Source: Chrysomallon squamiferum
Lineage: Eukaryota > Animalia > Mollusca
Reading direction: 5' to 3'
Assembly: GCA_012295275.1 (NCBI GenBank)
Contig: CM022670.1
Coordinates: 40,238,001-40,302,000, forward strand
DNA: 64,000 nucleotides
Each line of letters starts with the position of its first letter. Position 1 is the first letter of the stretch. Below, in pieces: positions 1-13,774 of this stretch. The notes under the pieces are model-generated. The model was given only the letters and a program-made list of their open reading frames with translations, was not told the DNA's origin and did not search any database. A program made the position numbers and the translations under genes.

Positions 1-240
1 AATGTGATACAACTATTCATACAACTACTACTACACCTTTTCCTACCACTTTAATTACAGCTACTTGTACTACTATACTAGCATTACAACTATGTATACT
101 TCACTGTAGTAAAATAGAAATATAATTCAGAAATCTCATAAATAAGTGGAACTGGAATTACTGTTATTTACTAAAATATGTATTTAAAAAAGTAAATGCG
201 GAAGTTTCAGGATTCACATGAAAACTGGAATATCCTAGTT

Positions 241-345
<105 letters not shown>

Positions 346-572
346 TTCGTTTAAGTTAAAAAAACATAATTATTTTGCAGGTAGTATTTAAAAGCTTGCT
401 AAGAATATTTTTAAATGTTTTTTTTTTTTTTTTAAATAAAAAAATAAAAAATAAATAAATACATTAATTATAATAGAAGATGAAGAAGAAGAAGGTTTAA
501 TTATAACAATAGTTACACGTTCAACAAGTCTGTTCTTGCTCTCATTGCATGCATACCGTTTTGTTTTATCCG

Positions 573-776
573 ACTTCCGGTGTCGTAACATCTATTTTTA
601 GACGGGAATTCCCATACATTGCGCGAAAACCGCCACGTGTTGTGAAATGACATTTGCGGTTAACCATACCGGATCGAGGCAGTTTCTGGGAGATCCCTTT
701 ATTCTTTCTTTTTATTCTTTTCCAGGAAAAGTTACTGGGGATTGTAAAATTCCTATAGAAACTCTGCCTTACGTAA
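573..776. promoter_or_regulatory. Dense candidate enhancer ~1.2-1.4 kb upstream of the copy 1 ATG
   Basis: ETS ACTTCCGGT 573-581, MEF2 CTATTTTTAG 592-601, kB GGGAATTCCC 604-613, E2F-like GCGCGAAA 621-628, E-box CACGTG 634-639, GAS TTCCAGGAA 720-728, TTACGTAA 769-776. Confidence 0.5.
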
Positions 777-995
777 CTCTGTAATATTCCCATACATTTA
801 TATTCAAAGGAGAGTTTACCAGTAACATGATTATAGGACAACCTTAAAATGTTTCTTAAATTATTATTATCATTTTTAACAAAATGAAAATAAAGAGAGT
901 ATTATATGAAACAAAATCTAGGTTTATCCTATTTTATTTTCCCCAAAACAAAAATAAATAAATACAAAAATAATATACAACTCACTATTGATATT

Positions 996-1070
<75 letters not shown>

Positions 1071-1378
1071 TCATATAATCTAATAACTAAAAATAACAGG
1101 TATTTTAAAAAATATCAGCTTAGAAATCAAAGAGGTCTAAAATACAATTGCATCATTTATTTTTTTTTTTTTTTTTATTATTATTTTTTTTTTTTTTTTT
1201 TCCTCTGTGGTAAAAGATTGCAATATCTTCAGTAGCAGACATTGGGGAATACATGTCAGTATTAATATTCCATATCATTCAATACAAAATCTGATACAAA
1301 TACACATAGTTGCTTTGATTTAAATTATCTTTATAATATCAATAAATATAACTTTGTCACATTTTTACCTACAAATAA

Positions 1379-1429
<51 letters not shown>

Positions 1430-1491
1430 TCAATCGAAACAAAGTTAAAGCTGGATTGTACAGGAGAGAGCAGAAATATTCCAGTCAGGCC

Positions 1492-1860
1492 GGGGATTTC
1501 CTGAAGCCTCGTTTTCGATATATGTCGCAAGATTGATCAAGGTCAGTTGGGAGAATAAGAAAAAAACTATTACATGTGAAATAATTTGTATTATCTTGCT
1601 TTATGTTATATTTTGCAACTATATGCTATGAGCAGTACAAAATATGACATTAGATGAAGGTTTCACGTTTCAAAAATATCTCCTTAATGACAAATGATAG
1701 ACAAGAACATAATATTTACTTGCTGTGGCAACGTGTTCCCAGGGAAGCAGATCTTGCCTTTGACCCTAGAATAGTTCACGCCCAGCCAATCAAAGAAGGC
1801 GATTTTCCGCGGCCGACGGGAGATCACCAATAAACTATGACTTCACTAGTGTGTCAGCAC
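1492..1860 (+). promoter_or_regulatory. Proximal promoter of GADD45 copy 1
   Basis: kB site GGGGATTTCC 1492-1501; NF-Y boxes AGCCAATCA 1784-1792 and CCAAT 1827-1831 in a GC/CpG-rich patch 110-160 nt before the ATG. Confidence 0.55.
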
Positions 1861-1942
1861 ATTCTTTAACTGAAGCTGCTAGTGTGTGCATGTAGATTTC
1901 ATACTTGTGCAGACGATCAAAAGTGCAGGAATTTACTTCATT

Positions 1943-1992
1943 ATGACACTAACGGAAATTAATGAAAACAGCAATATGCAAGAAGATCCACA
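1943..1992 (+). CDS. GADD45: GADD45 copy 1 coding exon 1
   Basis: ATG ACA CTA ACG GAA (MTLTE...) ending CA|gtaagt; phase-2 donor fits exon 2. Confidence 0.85.
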
Positions 1993-2277
1993 GTAAGTAA
2001 TTTTCTCTTTCTGAACATTTCGTTCATATTACTTTTTTTTTTTTTTTTTCGCCTTCGTTTTTGGGGCCGAAGAGGTGAAACTTAAATGACACGTCAACTT
2101 CTCAGTAATTTCATCATGCTTTACTAATGAATATTTATACTCTGATATGATTAAGTTTTCTGCTGCAAATGTAGCCCGTAGTGACATCAGATAGTTCAAA
2201 GTGCTGGTTTTATTTTCTTTATTTTATTATTATTTTTTTTTTTTTTTAAGATGAACAATAAGAAATAACACATACTA

Positions 2278-2319
<42 letters not shown>

Positions 2320-2934
2320 TAAAATTTATACTGTTCATTAATACTAATTTGATTTTTTAAAAATATTTATTCATTTATCTGTAATGAAATAACTAATGAA
2401 TCTTTAAAAGGTTCTGATAAACTTGAATTATTTTCTTTTTCTTTCAGTCTGTAAATAAAATAATAATATTAACCATAACAATAATAATAATTAATCAAAT
2501 CGGTTTAGTTTAATTTAATTTAATTTGCCTGCAATTTGCATCTTATCGGGGTGTTCCCATCCCAACATCCTGCTAGGACTACCTGTTTGGCGGGATTCTA
2601 AGGCATGTCGTGTGCGTGACTTAGTGACGTCATCGGGCGGTAGTTGTATTGAAAAGCTAACTAGCAGACGAAGAAATGTAAACTATCTTTTCAAATGAAA
2701 TACGTATAAAGATTTTGATGTAGTTACCTTTTTTGCGGGATAATAAAAAATAAGACTTGTTTTTTTGTGGGGGTTTTGTGTTAAGCGCTCGCATTGTGTT
2801 CACGAGTTGTTTGTCTCGTGCTGTCAGAACTGGGGCATCCCACATTGACTCAGCAGAATGGGAAACCAATGAGTCACAGACGACTGACTTGTAAACGTCA
2901 TGATAACGTTTTCGTGCAACAGATCATCCGAGTG

Positions 2935-3021
<87 letters not shown>

Positions 3022-5250
3022 CTTGTTTGCTTGTTGTGTGTTGTGAGCTTGATCGCTATTATTATAATTGTTTTTTCTTGCAGACATAATCCAAATATTG
3101 GCTCAAGCCTGAGAGAGGCACTCTGGCAAGGAATTGAGCAACAGAGGCTTACCTGTGGCATGTTCGCCTGTGCCAAACTTCTAGAAAGGTAAGTGTCATA
3201 GTTAGCAGCTAACTCACAACTTCAAGTATTAATTATAATAATTTTATTTTATTTCAACTTTTATTTACTTAATTATTTAAATTATATATTTCTTCTCTTT
3301 TATTATTATTATTTTTTTATTATTTTGTTTTTATTTTTATTTTTATTTTTTGTGAATAATGATGCATTTTTAATTTGAACGCAGAATAATAGTAATAAAA
3401 ATACTAAGTCATTTATCAGGTGTTTTACTGTTCTTGCAGCAATCCAGAAAACGTGATGATTTGCGTGATTCCTGAAGTGTTTGATGATGTCACAGTTCAC
3501 ATTCACCAGACACTGATAGTCGCATTCTGTCTGGAGAACAACATCAGACTGATAAGGGTAAGCAATCCTTGCATAATTTCAATTTTATGACTGAGATCTT
3601 TTTTCCCCATTATTAAAACTTTCAGGGTTGTGGTATTTATTGTCCATGTTATCTCAGTTCTGAAATATTACCTAAGCTCATGAACTGATCCAAAACCCAC
3701 CAGTCCATTTATAAAATAACCATTTTTAGTCTTCTGAAATCAAAAATTAATATATTCATGATATAGATTCTCTGTGCTGTATTTTATTTATTTGTTATTT
3801 ATTTATATGCCATTTTTTTTTTTTTTTTTTTTTTCTGAATGTTGTTTTAATTTAAACCTGTATTGAAAGTGTTGCTTTGATTCACTGATCATTTGTATTT
3901 AAATAAAGTGAGTTCTTACAATACATATACTTACTTATATATTATGCCATGTCAGTTTGATGTTTTAATTATGTTTAAATTAGACTATGAAGCAAGAAAT
4001 AATCCTCAACAGTACATAACAAAGAAAAATAAACAGAAAAGAAACAGAAACACCACACATAGGTATCTAATTTTATCTTAAGTAGGAAAACCAGTGCCAT
4101 AAAAACAGCTTCATTTGAAATCAAGTTTTTGTAGATTCACACCGACGTATACAAAGGAAAACTTTGACGATTATAATAATAATATGCAAAATATATTCAT
4201 TTCTAGACCGTTTCAATTTAAGACGTGCATTTTTCTTGCAACGGTTGTCGAGTGCAAAAGTCTAATTAGACTGGGTCGACAGTCAAAATTACTATCTTTT
4301 GCGTCATATAAATCTTTTGTGTTATTCAGTAACTGAGCGCTTGTTATTACATTCTGCATTTAAAAAAAAAAAAAAAAAGAATAATAAAAAAAGAAATTTA
4401 CAGAAAGGGAGACGTCTAGTATTCGTTTGATACTTCAAGAACCTCCTTTTAGTAATTAACCGATATTGTTAAGGTCACTTAGTACACTTAGGAAACAAGC
4501 GATCTTGTGATTGGCTGGCGTAATTAGGTCGTTATGCATATTCAACGCAGACAGAATTGCGGTCATGTAAATAAAAGCACGAGGTCTAAATTCTCAAGTT
4601 AACAAAACTTGTGACTTGTATTGTAATGCGTCTGTTTTTAACAGTAAATAACAGTTTCAATTACGTTTTATTGTGCATTTATATAACTATGTTAAATATC
4701 TGCCATGTATTTATTGTATTTTTTTTCTGTCTTGTTTTGTTTTGTTTTTTGTTGTTTTTTTTCACAAAGAAAAGTTTTGCCATTTGCTGTGATTAGTCTT
4801 GTGAAACAAATGTGTTGCAAATTATTCATAAATACACTTGTGCACGTGTAGTGCATATGCATATTTGTTCAAGCCCATATAGACAAGCAAACTATAACTG
4901 CAAATAAAATTACGTTTATATCTGTATTGGGTCCCAATATGTATGCTTACTCGGTAAAGCAGATGTAGAGTTTTATTTTATTTTAGTTTTATTTTATCAA
5001 ATTTTGTTTTTTTGTTTTCCAGGTGGACAGTGCAGACAAGCTGATGAAACTTGTTAAAGGTAGAAAGGGGGTCAGCTCCAACGACAACGACGTAGCTGGA
5101 GGCAGAGTGGGCTATGCTGATGCTGGCTGCGTCATCGTGGAGTACCCCGACGACAGCCTCAGTAGTGACGAAGACGCCGTCTTACACTGGACGAAAACGA
5201 TGATGTACGCTGGCGACAGCCCAACAGCCGTCGTCAACATCCCTGTTTGA
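1943..5250 (+). CDS. GADD45: GADD45-family protein, copy 1 (166 aa); join(1943..1992,3084..3188,3440..3557,5023..5250)
   Basis: Four exons with GT-AG boundaries join in frame (50+105+118+228=501 nt): MTLTEINENSNMQEDPQHNPNIGSSLREALWQGIEQQRLTCGMFACAKLLESNPENVMICVIPEVFDDVTVHIHQTLIVAFCLENNIRLIRVDSADKL...GCVIVEYP...VVNIPV*. Matches GADD45 hallmarks (MTLxE start, G-V-Y-E-x-AKLL, PDNVxLC, IHxTLIxAFCxENxI, C-terminal IxLP). The alpha/beta/gamma subtype cannot be assigned. Confidence 0.93.
3084..3188 (+). CDS. GADD45: GADD45 copy 1 coding exon 2
   Basis: ttttttcttgcag| HNPNIGSSLREAL...TCGMFACAKLLE AG|gtaagt. Confidence 0.92.
3440..3557 (+). CDS. GADD45: GADD45 copy 1 coding exon 3
   Basis: ttcttgcag| NPENVMICVIP...HIHQTLIVAFCLENNIRLIR |gtaagc; not in the ORF track. 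Confidence 0.93.
5023..5250 (+). CDS. GADD45: GADD45 copy 1 coding exon 4 (with TGA)
   Basis: ttgttttccag| VDSADKLMKL...AGCVIVEYP...AVVNIPV*. Confidence 0.92.
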   Translation: MDSADKLMKLVKGRKGVSSNDNDVAGGRVGYADAGCVIVEYPDDSLSSDEDAVLHWTKTMMYAGDSPTAVVNIPV

Positions 5251-5289
5251 GCCTGGATCTCATCCACTTCAGGTTGACTACAATAACAG

Positions 5290-5601
5290 GTACACTTCGC
5301 TTCCTCGCTTTCGTTTGTGTTCGTTGCCTTGTTGATGCTATTTCATGATCAGTGAAAACACAGACATATTTTAAAATCAAGTAAAATATTTTGTTGAAAT
5401 AGATAAATAAATTAAAAAAAAAAAATAATAAGAAGTTGTAATAGTTAAATATTAATTCAAACTATTTCAGACACTAAAGACTTTTCTGAAAGTGTTCTGT
5501 CGTTATTAAAAGATTGCATATTTTTCTTTTAAAAACTAATATTATTATTCATTAAATATACTGTTTAATAAAATTCTCTAATTTTTATTTTTATTTTACA
5601 G
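5290..5601 (+). other. Putative 3'UTR intron of GADD45 copy 1
   Basis: CAG|GTACAC 39 nt after stop; acceptor tttttattttacag|GGAATGCC; equivalent position in the other two paralogs. Confidence 0.6.
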
Positions 5602-6722
5602 GGAATGCCTAAACCCTGGTTTTGAAAAAACAAAAAATAAAATATAATTAAATCTGAAAAAAAAAAAAAAAAAAAAAAAAAAACACAAAAAAAATGAGAC
5701 AGTGTCTTGACTTCTTGCACAACGTATCCTGTGACGTAACCACTAGAGAACTGATTGGTTGAAATCTGGTCACGTGTCAGTGTGTCTGCTGACAGCTTCA
5801 CGTGAAGGTGGTTAAGCCTGATGTTTTGTCTGAAACGAATGGAGAACACTTGTCTTCATTATAACCGTTCACATCTCGCTAAACTCCTCATCTGAAAATC
5901 AAAGATACGTCATTGTCGAAGAAGTAAGACTGATACGAAGAAAATAAAAATGGGAATACATTTATTACCTGTTGACATTTGTGTGCGTGGAAACGCAAAG
6001 ACATCGGTACTTGTCTAATTACTGGCTGTTGCTAAGCAACATATCAATACATCTGTTAATACTGCTGAATAACGAATTTACAGTCATTAAAACAAAAAAA
6101 ACTTGTGTTCCGCATTTGGGTAACACAAAACTGTGTATAGAAATAAAGAGTGAAACGTTTGAGAAGAAATGTGACTGAGGAAGAAATGATGTTTCAAAAC
6201 GGTCAAAAAGCTATTTCGAGCAAAAGACTCAAAATGTAATTTGAACTAATGAAAAACGGACGCAAATACTTATTACGTAGTAGAACAATAACCTTTGCAC
6301 CAAACACTATTGAGTGTTGTTTTTGTTGTTTGTTTTATTCAAAAGTTCATTAAGGTGTTTCAGTGTAGCTTAATTGAAACGAGGTAGTTGAAACAAGTGC
6401 ATAAACATTGCACTTGATTTTGCAAGACATTTTGAAGAAACTGGAGTGTTAAGATGGTGTTAATAGTGAAAATGTTATGATTACTCATACTTTCAAAAAG
6501 CTATTAGAAAGAATTTTCAGCCATTTGGAATCATTATGATTCATATTTTAATCACGTTAGTGAGACAAGTGCCTTGAAATTCACTAGGCACTGAGTTTTA
6601 TGTTTATGTACATAAGTTATGTATTTTTATTATTTGTGTGATTTTATATATTGTCATTATGCACCATTCAATATTGTTTTTTGTTTTTTTTAAGAGTGAT
6701 GTATTTAGATGTGTATTTCATA

Positions 6723-6728
6723 AATAAA
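6723..6728 (+). terminator. Candidate polyadenylation signal for copy 1
   Basis: AATAAA at the end of a U/AU-rich 3'UTR-like tract, followed by a GT-rich element. Confidence 0.4.
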
Positions 6729-7238
6729 GGTAGTCTTGTATTTTAATTTATGTCTTGGGTTGTTTTTTAAACGTTCCATATTAACATATAATATAAGTAG
6801 ATAAGTGGAAATATACCTGTAATATGCGCATACATAAAATGCACGTGTAAATACACGTACGTACTTAGTGTCTGCTGAAGTTAAATATCTAAACAGTGTT
6901 GAACTGATTTAAATACACGAAATGACGGGTTAAAAAAAAATTACTACCACTACTACTACTAATAATAATCATAATAACCATGGTAATTGTAATTTTAAGG
7001 AGAGAGACCCAAATTAATGGCATTACTTTCTCCGATTCCAGTTCTTCCAAAGTTATTCATGTTATCTATGTTCTTGACATGTATATAATTCACTACATAC
7101 ATTATTATTATCTTTTTTATCATTACATATTTTCTGATTTAACTTTTTTTTTTTTTTTTTTTTTTTTTTGGTTGACAGAAGTTTTCTCTTAATACTACTA
7201 CTATATATAAGATTATACCCACCAGATTAACGACACCC

Positions 7239-7320
7239 CTGTTCTGATAAACTGGGTATATCCCTTGCTACTTACCACTCTGTTCTGATAAACTGGGTAT
7301 ATCCCTTGCTACTTACCACT
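7239..7320. repeat. 41-bp perfect tandem duplication
   Basis: CTGTTCTGATAAACTGGGTATATCCCTTGCTACTTACCACT x2. Confidence 0.9.
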
Positions 7321-7861
7321 CGATTCTTCCTTAGCGCGTGCGTAATCTGCACATTTAATCTCACCTTCATGACAGACACGTCACGACGTAGATTTACTAA
7401 TCAGGCGAGGACTGTTTACTTTTATTTTGTTGGTTGTTAAGGGATTACACCTAGCGATTTCGATCTTGCGAGGCAGTGGCAATGGAACTACGCTAACAGT
7501 AAGTTAACAGCTGACAAACTGTTTACATGGCACTGTTAATTGTTTACCAGTCGGTTGCTTCACGATCATACCCCCCCTTCCCCGAAAGAGGTCCATTGCA
7601 ATAAACAACGTTTATTAATCTTGAAAAATACTTAGGATATGAAAATCGGCAACTTTTTATTAATTAATTATACTGCAATTATTAGTACCGTATTTTAGAT
7701 TATTAGCTGAGGTTATTCATTTTATAGTGACAACACTAATGACAAAGTATTTGTATGACTGTTGTGCTACTTCTGTTACTGCTACTACAACAACTACCAC
7801 TACAAATACGACTATTACTAATGCAGCAATAACCACCATTACTACCACTGCAGCTGCGACT

Positions 7862-7985
7862 GCTACTATTATTACTACTGATACTACTACAACTGCAAAA
7901 GCTACTACTGATACTACTAGAACTGCAAAAGCTACTACTGATACTACTAGAACTGCAAAAGCTACTACTGATACTACTACTACAG
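7862..7985. repeat. 30-bp minisatellite within (ACT)n-derived low complexity
   Basis: AACTGCAAAAGCTACTACTGATACTACTAG x~3.5. Confidence 0.85.
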
Positions 7986-8634
7986 CCTCAACCACGACTC
8001 TTCAGCTCCGCCTATTCCTCTTCTCATACTACAATTACAGCTACCTCTACTACCACTACTACGTCTAATAGCTATCAATACTACCATTAATATCAATACT
8101 GCTCCTATCACCTTCACCAGAAACTAAAAGTATCATTAGAAGCAAAATTACAGTATATACGACAACGTCAAGGAAAATGATGATGACGATGAAAATTAAC
8201 CTTTTCAAATATAATTCTGGATACCAATGCATCTCAAATTATGTTATTTTTAGAATTTTACGAGTTATCTATTTTTGCAGTTCTATTAAGGAACCATATT
8301 TACTGCCAAATATAGATCATAAATTCGTAAAAAAAAAAAAAAAAAAAAGAAAAGAAAATTAATATTAATAAAATAAAATAAAATAAAACACTGATGGTAA
8401 CAAATGAAAGAAAAGCAAAAGAAGAAACGCAAATGTTACGCAAATAGAATTCACTATTACGCACTGAAACGAGTATTAAGCGGAACAAAAGATCTTTTGT
8501 GAGGTATTTTCTCTCCTACAATTTCGTTTTCTCATTTAAACTATTTTCATATCTTGTATTGATTTATCTGAATTAAATAGAACTGGGTAGGTGTGTCACA
8601 TCGGATGAACTGTGTTAATCAGCCAACCTGACAG

Positions 8635-8668
<34 letters not shown>

Positions 8669-10094
8669 CGTTTTTCCACATTGACTCTTACTCGAAATTC
8701 TTATTCAGTAAAACAGGAACTAGCGGAAACCATCCTACTGTTCTTAGGTCGTCTGCTAAGGAGTACGTGTAGATATACATACGCTGCACTTTTGGCCGTA
8801 AAGTTTGACACTTTTCTGAAAGAAAAAAAAAAACTGCCAATCTCTAGTGTCATTGCTTACGGATATGATTTAACAAGTTTCCGATTGCCTGGGGCAAAGT
8901 GATAGGTTAAAGAGAAAATAGCTAATACGTTCGTGATTGTATCTTTTAATGTATGTATCTGTTCTTCATATATAAAACGCTAATGTCTTTGTGTGTATGA
9001 TTTAACTGTATATAGGTATCTAAGATTTTTAAATTAATTTTTGTTTTATTGTTTTAACACTTGTTTACGATCTGCTCTTGTTTCACTCTTCAGATTTACG
9101 ACTGTTGTATCTATATAGATTTATGTGTGGGTTGGAAAAAGTGTGTAAATTAATGATTACAATGTTGATCGTTAATACTGCTTCATATTCTACCTCTTTC
9201 TTCATCACTGTATTATATATCTAACAATTTTTTTTAAATTTATCATTATTAATTTTTTTTTTCACGAAATTAAGTCTATAATTATAAGCAATTTGTAAAC
9301 ATCATGAAACGATAGTTTTTCTGAAAACGGGTAACGTATCACGTCGTAAACAACCCTCACAAAAAAAAAAAAAAAGTGTCATGTCATCTCTGACAGAAAA
9401 AAAAATACTTTGAAATGCGTGGGGCTAGACTCATTCAGTTTTAAAAGTACTCCCTAGAGCAAAGACACTCAAACACTGGTTTTCTTTAACTACAAGGATG
9501 GTAAAAATTACCCTAAAAACGTCACCAACTGTTCTATAAATAGCACTAAACATGTTAGCTGAACAGAAATAGCTGCCCTCAGCTAAAAATATCCCAGTTT
9601 ACTCTGTATGTAAAGATCGACGCCCTTTAAATACTAGCGACAATTTATTTATAGTCAGTGTTACTGTTGTAAAACGGTACAGTTACGAGAGAGAAAGAAA
9701 ATGAGAGACTGACTGAATTAATAACAGCCGTTTGACATTTTCACTGTAAGATTAATTCGCGGAGAAAAATGTATCGCTTTATCGATCGGAATGAAGCAGA
9801 CGTCACTAGGAACGCCATAAAACTAGTACTTCGTATAACAGACAACATGTTTTTGAACAGCAGGCTGAAAAATAGAAAAACAACTAAAAAACTGGATTGA
9901 AAACATTACAATAACTTTATCCAAAATATTTTTCACAAACTCTTCTGTTAAAATCTTGTTTATATTGACTGTCTCCATAAAACATCAAAGAAACAAACAA
10001 AAACTGTGAGTTAAATAAAATAAAAACAAAAAACATGCGTTCGAACGAAAACTCGAGAAGATATTTATCTCCACAATTTTAAATATAATAATAA

Positions 10095-10121
10095 TAGTAG
10101 TAGTAGTAGTAGTAGTAGTAC

Positions 10122-10159
<38 letters not shown>

Positions 10160-10160
10160 C

Positions 10161-10196
<36 letters not shown>

Positions 10197-10232
10197 CAGT
10201 AGTAGTAGTAGTAGTGGTAGTGGTAGTAGAAA

Positions 10233-10269
<37 letters not shown>

Positions 10270-10290
10270 TTAGTAGTGGTAGTGGTAGTA
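10095..10290. repeat. (AGT)n microsatellite
   Basis: direct. Confidence 0.95.
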
Positions 10291-11420
10291 GAAATAGTAG
10301 TAACAATAATAATAAATATCATCTAGTTTAACTTAACAATATTTTTCTTGTCATTTAAATGATTCTATCTTCTGTTTTATTTCATTTTATTATTTTTACG
10401 ACATCGTAATGTATTAGCCGTCTGCCTCTGAAATCGTTGGAATGTTCTCGAATACGTTTCGCAAACCAAAATGCGATCGATACAGTCTAGCAGTACTGGC
10501 CACGTATCCACCAACGCGGAGCAAATAAACATATTTTAACACAGATTGTCTGTCCTTCAGTCAGTCTGATGTTGCGCAAACTGAAACGTGATTTTCATAT
10601 TACAGTGATACACCGACTTGCGCATGAACGTGTGGTAATCTGCAAATGGGGGAATACATTTTTTTTTTTTTTTTCCTCACAATAATTTGTATATGTTCTT
10701 AACTACAAAGCTTGTGCACGTATATTTAACAGAATTTCTACTTCTTCTTTTGACAATAAACAGATTATTAAAAAAATAATAATAAATAAATTCTAAAATT
10801 CCTGAAGGCAGAAAAAAAAAAAAAATATATATATATATATTGTTGAGACAGAGTAAAACATAAAAAAAACAAAACAAAACAACAACAACAACAAAAAACC
10901 GTTAGTGTCTGATGCCAACTTAAAACATTTTTAAACGTATTTTCGCTGTTTCCAACTCCAAATTATCTCGGGTAATCACAACAAAGAAAAATAAACAAAT
11001 TATTCAATTTTTGTTAATTTTTAAATTTGTTGAGTTTTGTTTTTTTCTCTAAAATTTACTTCAGGAAAATGAGACCAAAATTCAACATCGACTGAATTCG
11101 GCAGTTTAGCCAAAAAGCATCTCAGTGTTGTTCGAAGCGTTAAAAGTTTAATCACAGAATCTCTTAATACTGAAATAGATTCCTGATAAAATTACACACT
11201 GAAACAAAACAGAAAGAACAACAAAGAAGAGAGTGAAACAAATAAAATAAAAATAAAAATAAAAAGTTTCAAAGAAGACTGTTTCTACAATAACATTAGA
11301 TTAATACATTTTCTGTATAAATTGTTAACTGGCAATCTGCCAAAAGAAGTGTATAGGCGTGTGCAGTTTTGTCGTCAGATTTTACTACGTTAGAAAAAAA
11401 TTTAACAGTCTCTGTACAAT

Positions 11421-11475
<55 letters not shown>

Positions 11476-13124
11476 GAATTAAACGCAACCCAATATTCCC
11501 CCCCCCAAAAAAAATAATTAATTAAAAGTAATACATTATTGTCAAATTATATGAAAATACGGAGGGACGGATAAAATATTTTACAAATGAGAGAGAAAAC
11601 AATTACATTGTGTGTGCGTGCGTGCGTGCGTGCGTGCGCGTGCGTGTGTGTGTGTGTGTGTGTGTTACTGAGGCAGACTGCCTCCAGGTTAATATAGGGT
11701 GTATTAATTACGTACATCGAGACATATTCTCGGTGAACTCCCATCGAATTTCCCGTGTGAATAATTTTTATTTTTTTTTTTTTTTTTTATTCACGTCTTA
11801 CTTAACCAAGCCAGGAAATCAGCTGCATAGTGGGATACATTACGTATGTCAGGCAGGTCACGAGATAAATATCTTCTTTCATTCACGATCTTTACAGGAT
11901 ATGACGTCAAAAGCGTCAATGTTTTTGTCATAATGTCAACAAAAGAAATATACTAGTGACAAAAGGTGTTATCGACTGTGCGGTCTAAAAATAGACTGGG
12001 TATATAAATATGTTGATTTTGCGCTGCCCGAGTTAGTAATAGGACGACCATGAAGAAAAGATGTCATTCCGTTGAGATACCTGTCTAACTGTAAACATTA
12101 ACACAGTTAATACATACGTACATATACATACATATACACACGTACGTACACCAACACACACAAGCACAAATACCTGTGAGCAAACTGGTTGAACATATAA
12201 AACCAAACAAATGAAGTTAAAAGCAGAATTAAAGCTCTATACTAAAAGTCAGACGCCAGCCGTATAAGTTTTAAAGTTCGTGTTTCCAGCGGTGAAAAGA
12301 ATATTAATGATAAGAAGATTAATATAAGTAAAAGAATATATAAATTTATGACCAGATTTAAATATGCATGTGGGTAAAGTTTAAAAATGATTAGATTTTT
12401 AAAGGCTTAAGTAAAGTTTGACCTGTATTCAAAATGTTTATAAGATTAAATTAAATCATTCATCATTCGATATCTCATTAATTATTATATCATCATCGCT
12501 TTTTAATTTGGAATACCGATATACGCTGGATATTAGGGATCAGGACTTGTGATTAAAAGATCTCGCGGGTTAACAAAAAAAAAAAATAAAAAAATCCCTA
12601 TTTTGTATAATCCTACTTTACAGGAGGTTTCCATATGCAAAAATCGTTTAATTCGTTGTGAAGGTTAATATAAATATCAAGCAGTTTTTACTATACATTA
12701 TGTGGGTTAAAGGATAGACGTTTTAATTAGCTGACATCTGTGTCACACTCTAGAATTCAGGTTTATGCTTCAAAAACTATATTACAGTTTGTGTCAAATT
12801 CAGTGTATCATTGTATTATACGCTGTACGTAATTAAGTGACTTTCTTGTAGTCTAGTGTTTAGCCACGTGGAAGGGGCACTGTCACTATGGTGCTTAAAT
12901 TTGTTGGCACGAAAATCGGTAAAATGGGTTTTAAGTTGCAATGCGATTATCTGCTTTGTTATGATTTATTTATTTATTTATTTATTTATTTAGGTGTGTT
13001 TGTTGTTAATGTTAATGTTGTTGTTTTGGTAGTCTGTCTGTCAGTTTATTTATTTATTTTATTGTTTAAATATTAAAGTAATTTTAATGATAATAATAAT
13101 AACAACAACAACAACAACAACAAC

Positions 13125-13155
<31 letters not shown>

Positions 13156-13197
13156 CATTTACTTTATTTATTATCATGAATGATTTTGAAAATTAAT

Positions 13198-13305
<108 letters not shown>

Positions 13306-13742
13306 ATATATAATTATATTAACACTCAAGATTAAATGATTACAATGTCTTCTTTCCCTCGTCTTTTTTCTTTTGCATTAAACCAGAGTACAAAACCGTT
13401 GAATTATTATCAAATCAAATAATCTACATTACCTTTATATATTATTACAAAATCAAATCTATTTGCCGCTGTATAAAAAAAAAAATTCAGCAAATATACT
13501 TTATTTACATTATTTTTGACAGGTCGTAGTTTAATGATGATAATATTTGATGAAATATGACAACAGGTAACAAAGCGGTCAATGTAATCAAGAGAGTTTT
13601 ATGGGTCACGTATCAACGTCCACCATAAGCATTTGCACGTGTCTGCAGGTAAAATAACGGTTAGTGGGCACAGGTAAATAAGTTACACCTGTAATGATGT
13701 TTACCTGTATTTCTCCATCTTGTGACGCTCTGGAATTTAAGT

Positions 13743-13774
<32 letters not shown>

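Noticed and set aside
7717-8068. Thr-rich (mucin-like) and Val-rich ORFs
   Set aside because: Translations of (ACT)n-derived low complexity and a 30-bp minisatellite; no signal peptide or splice context
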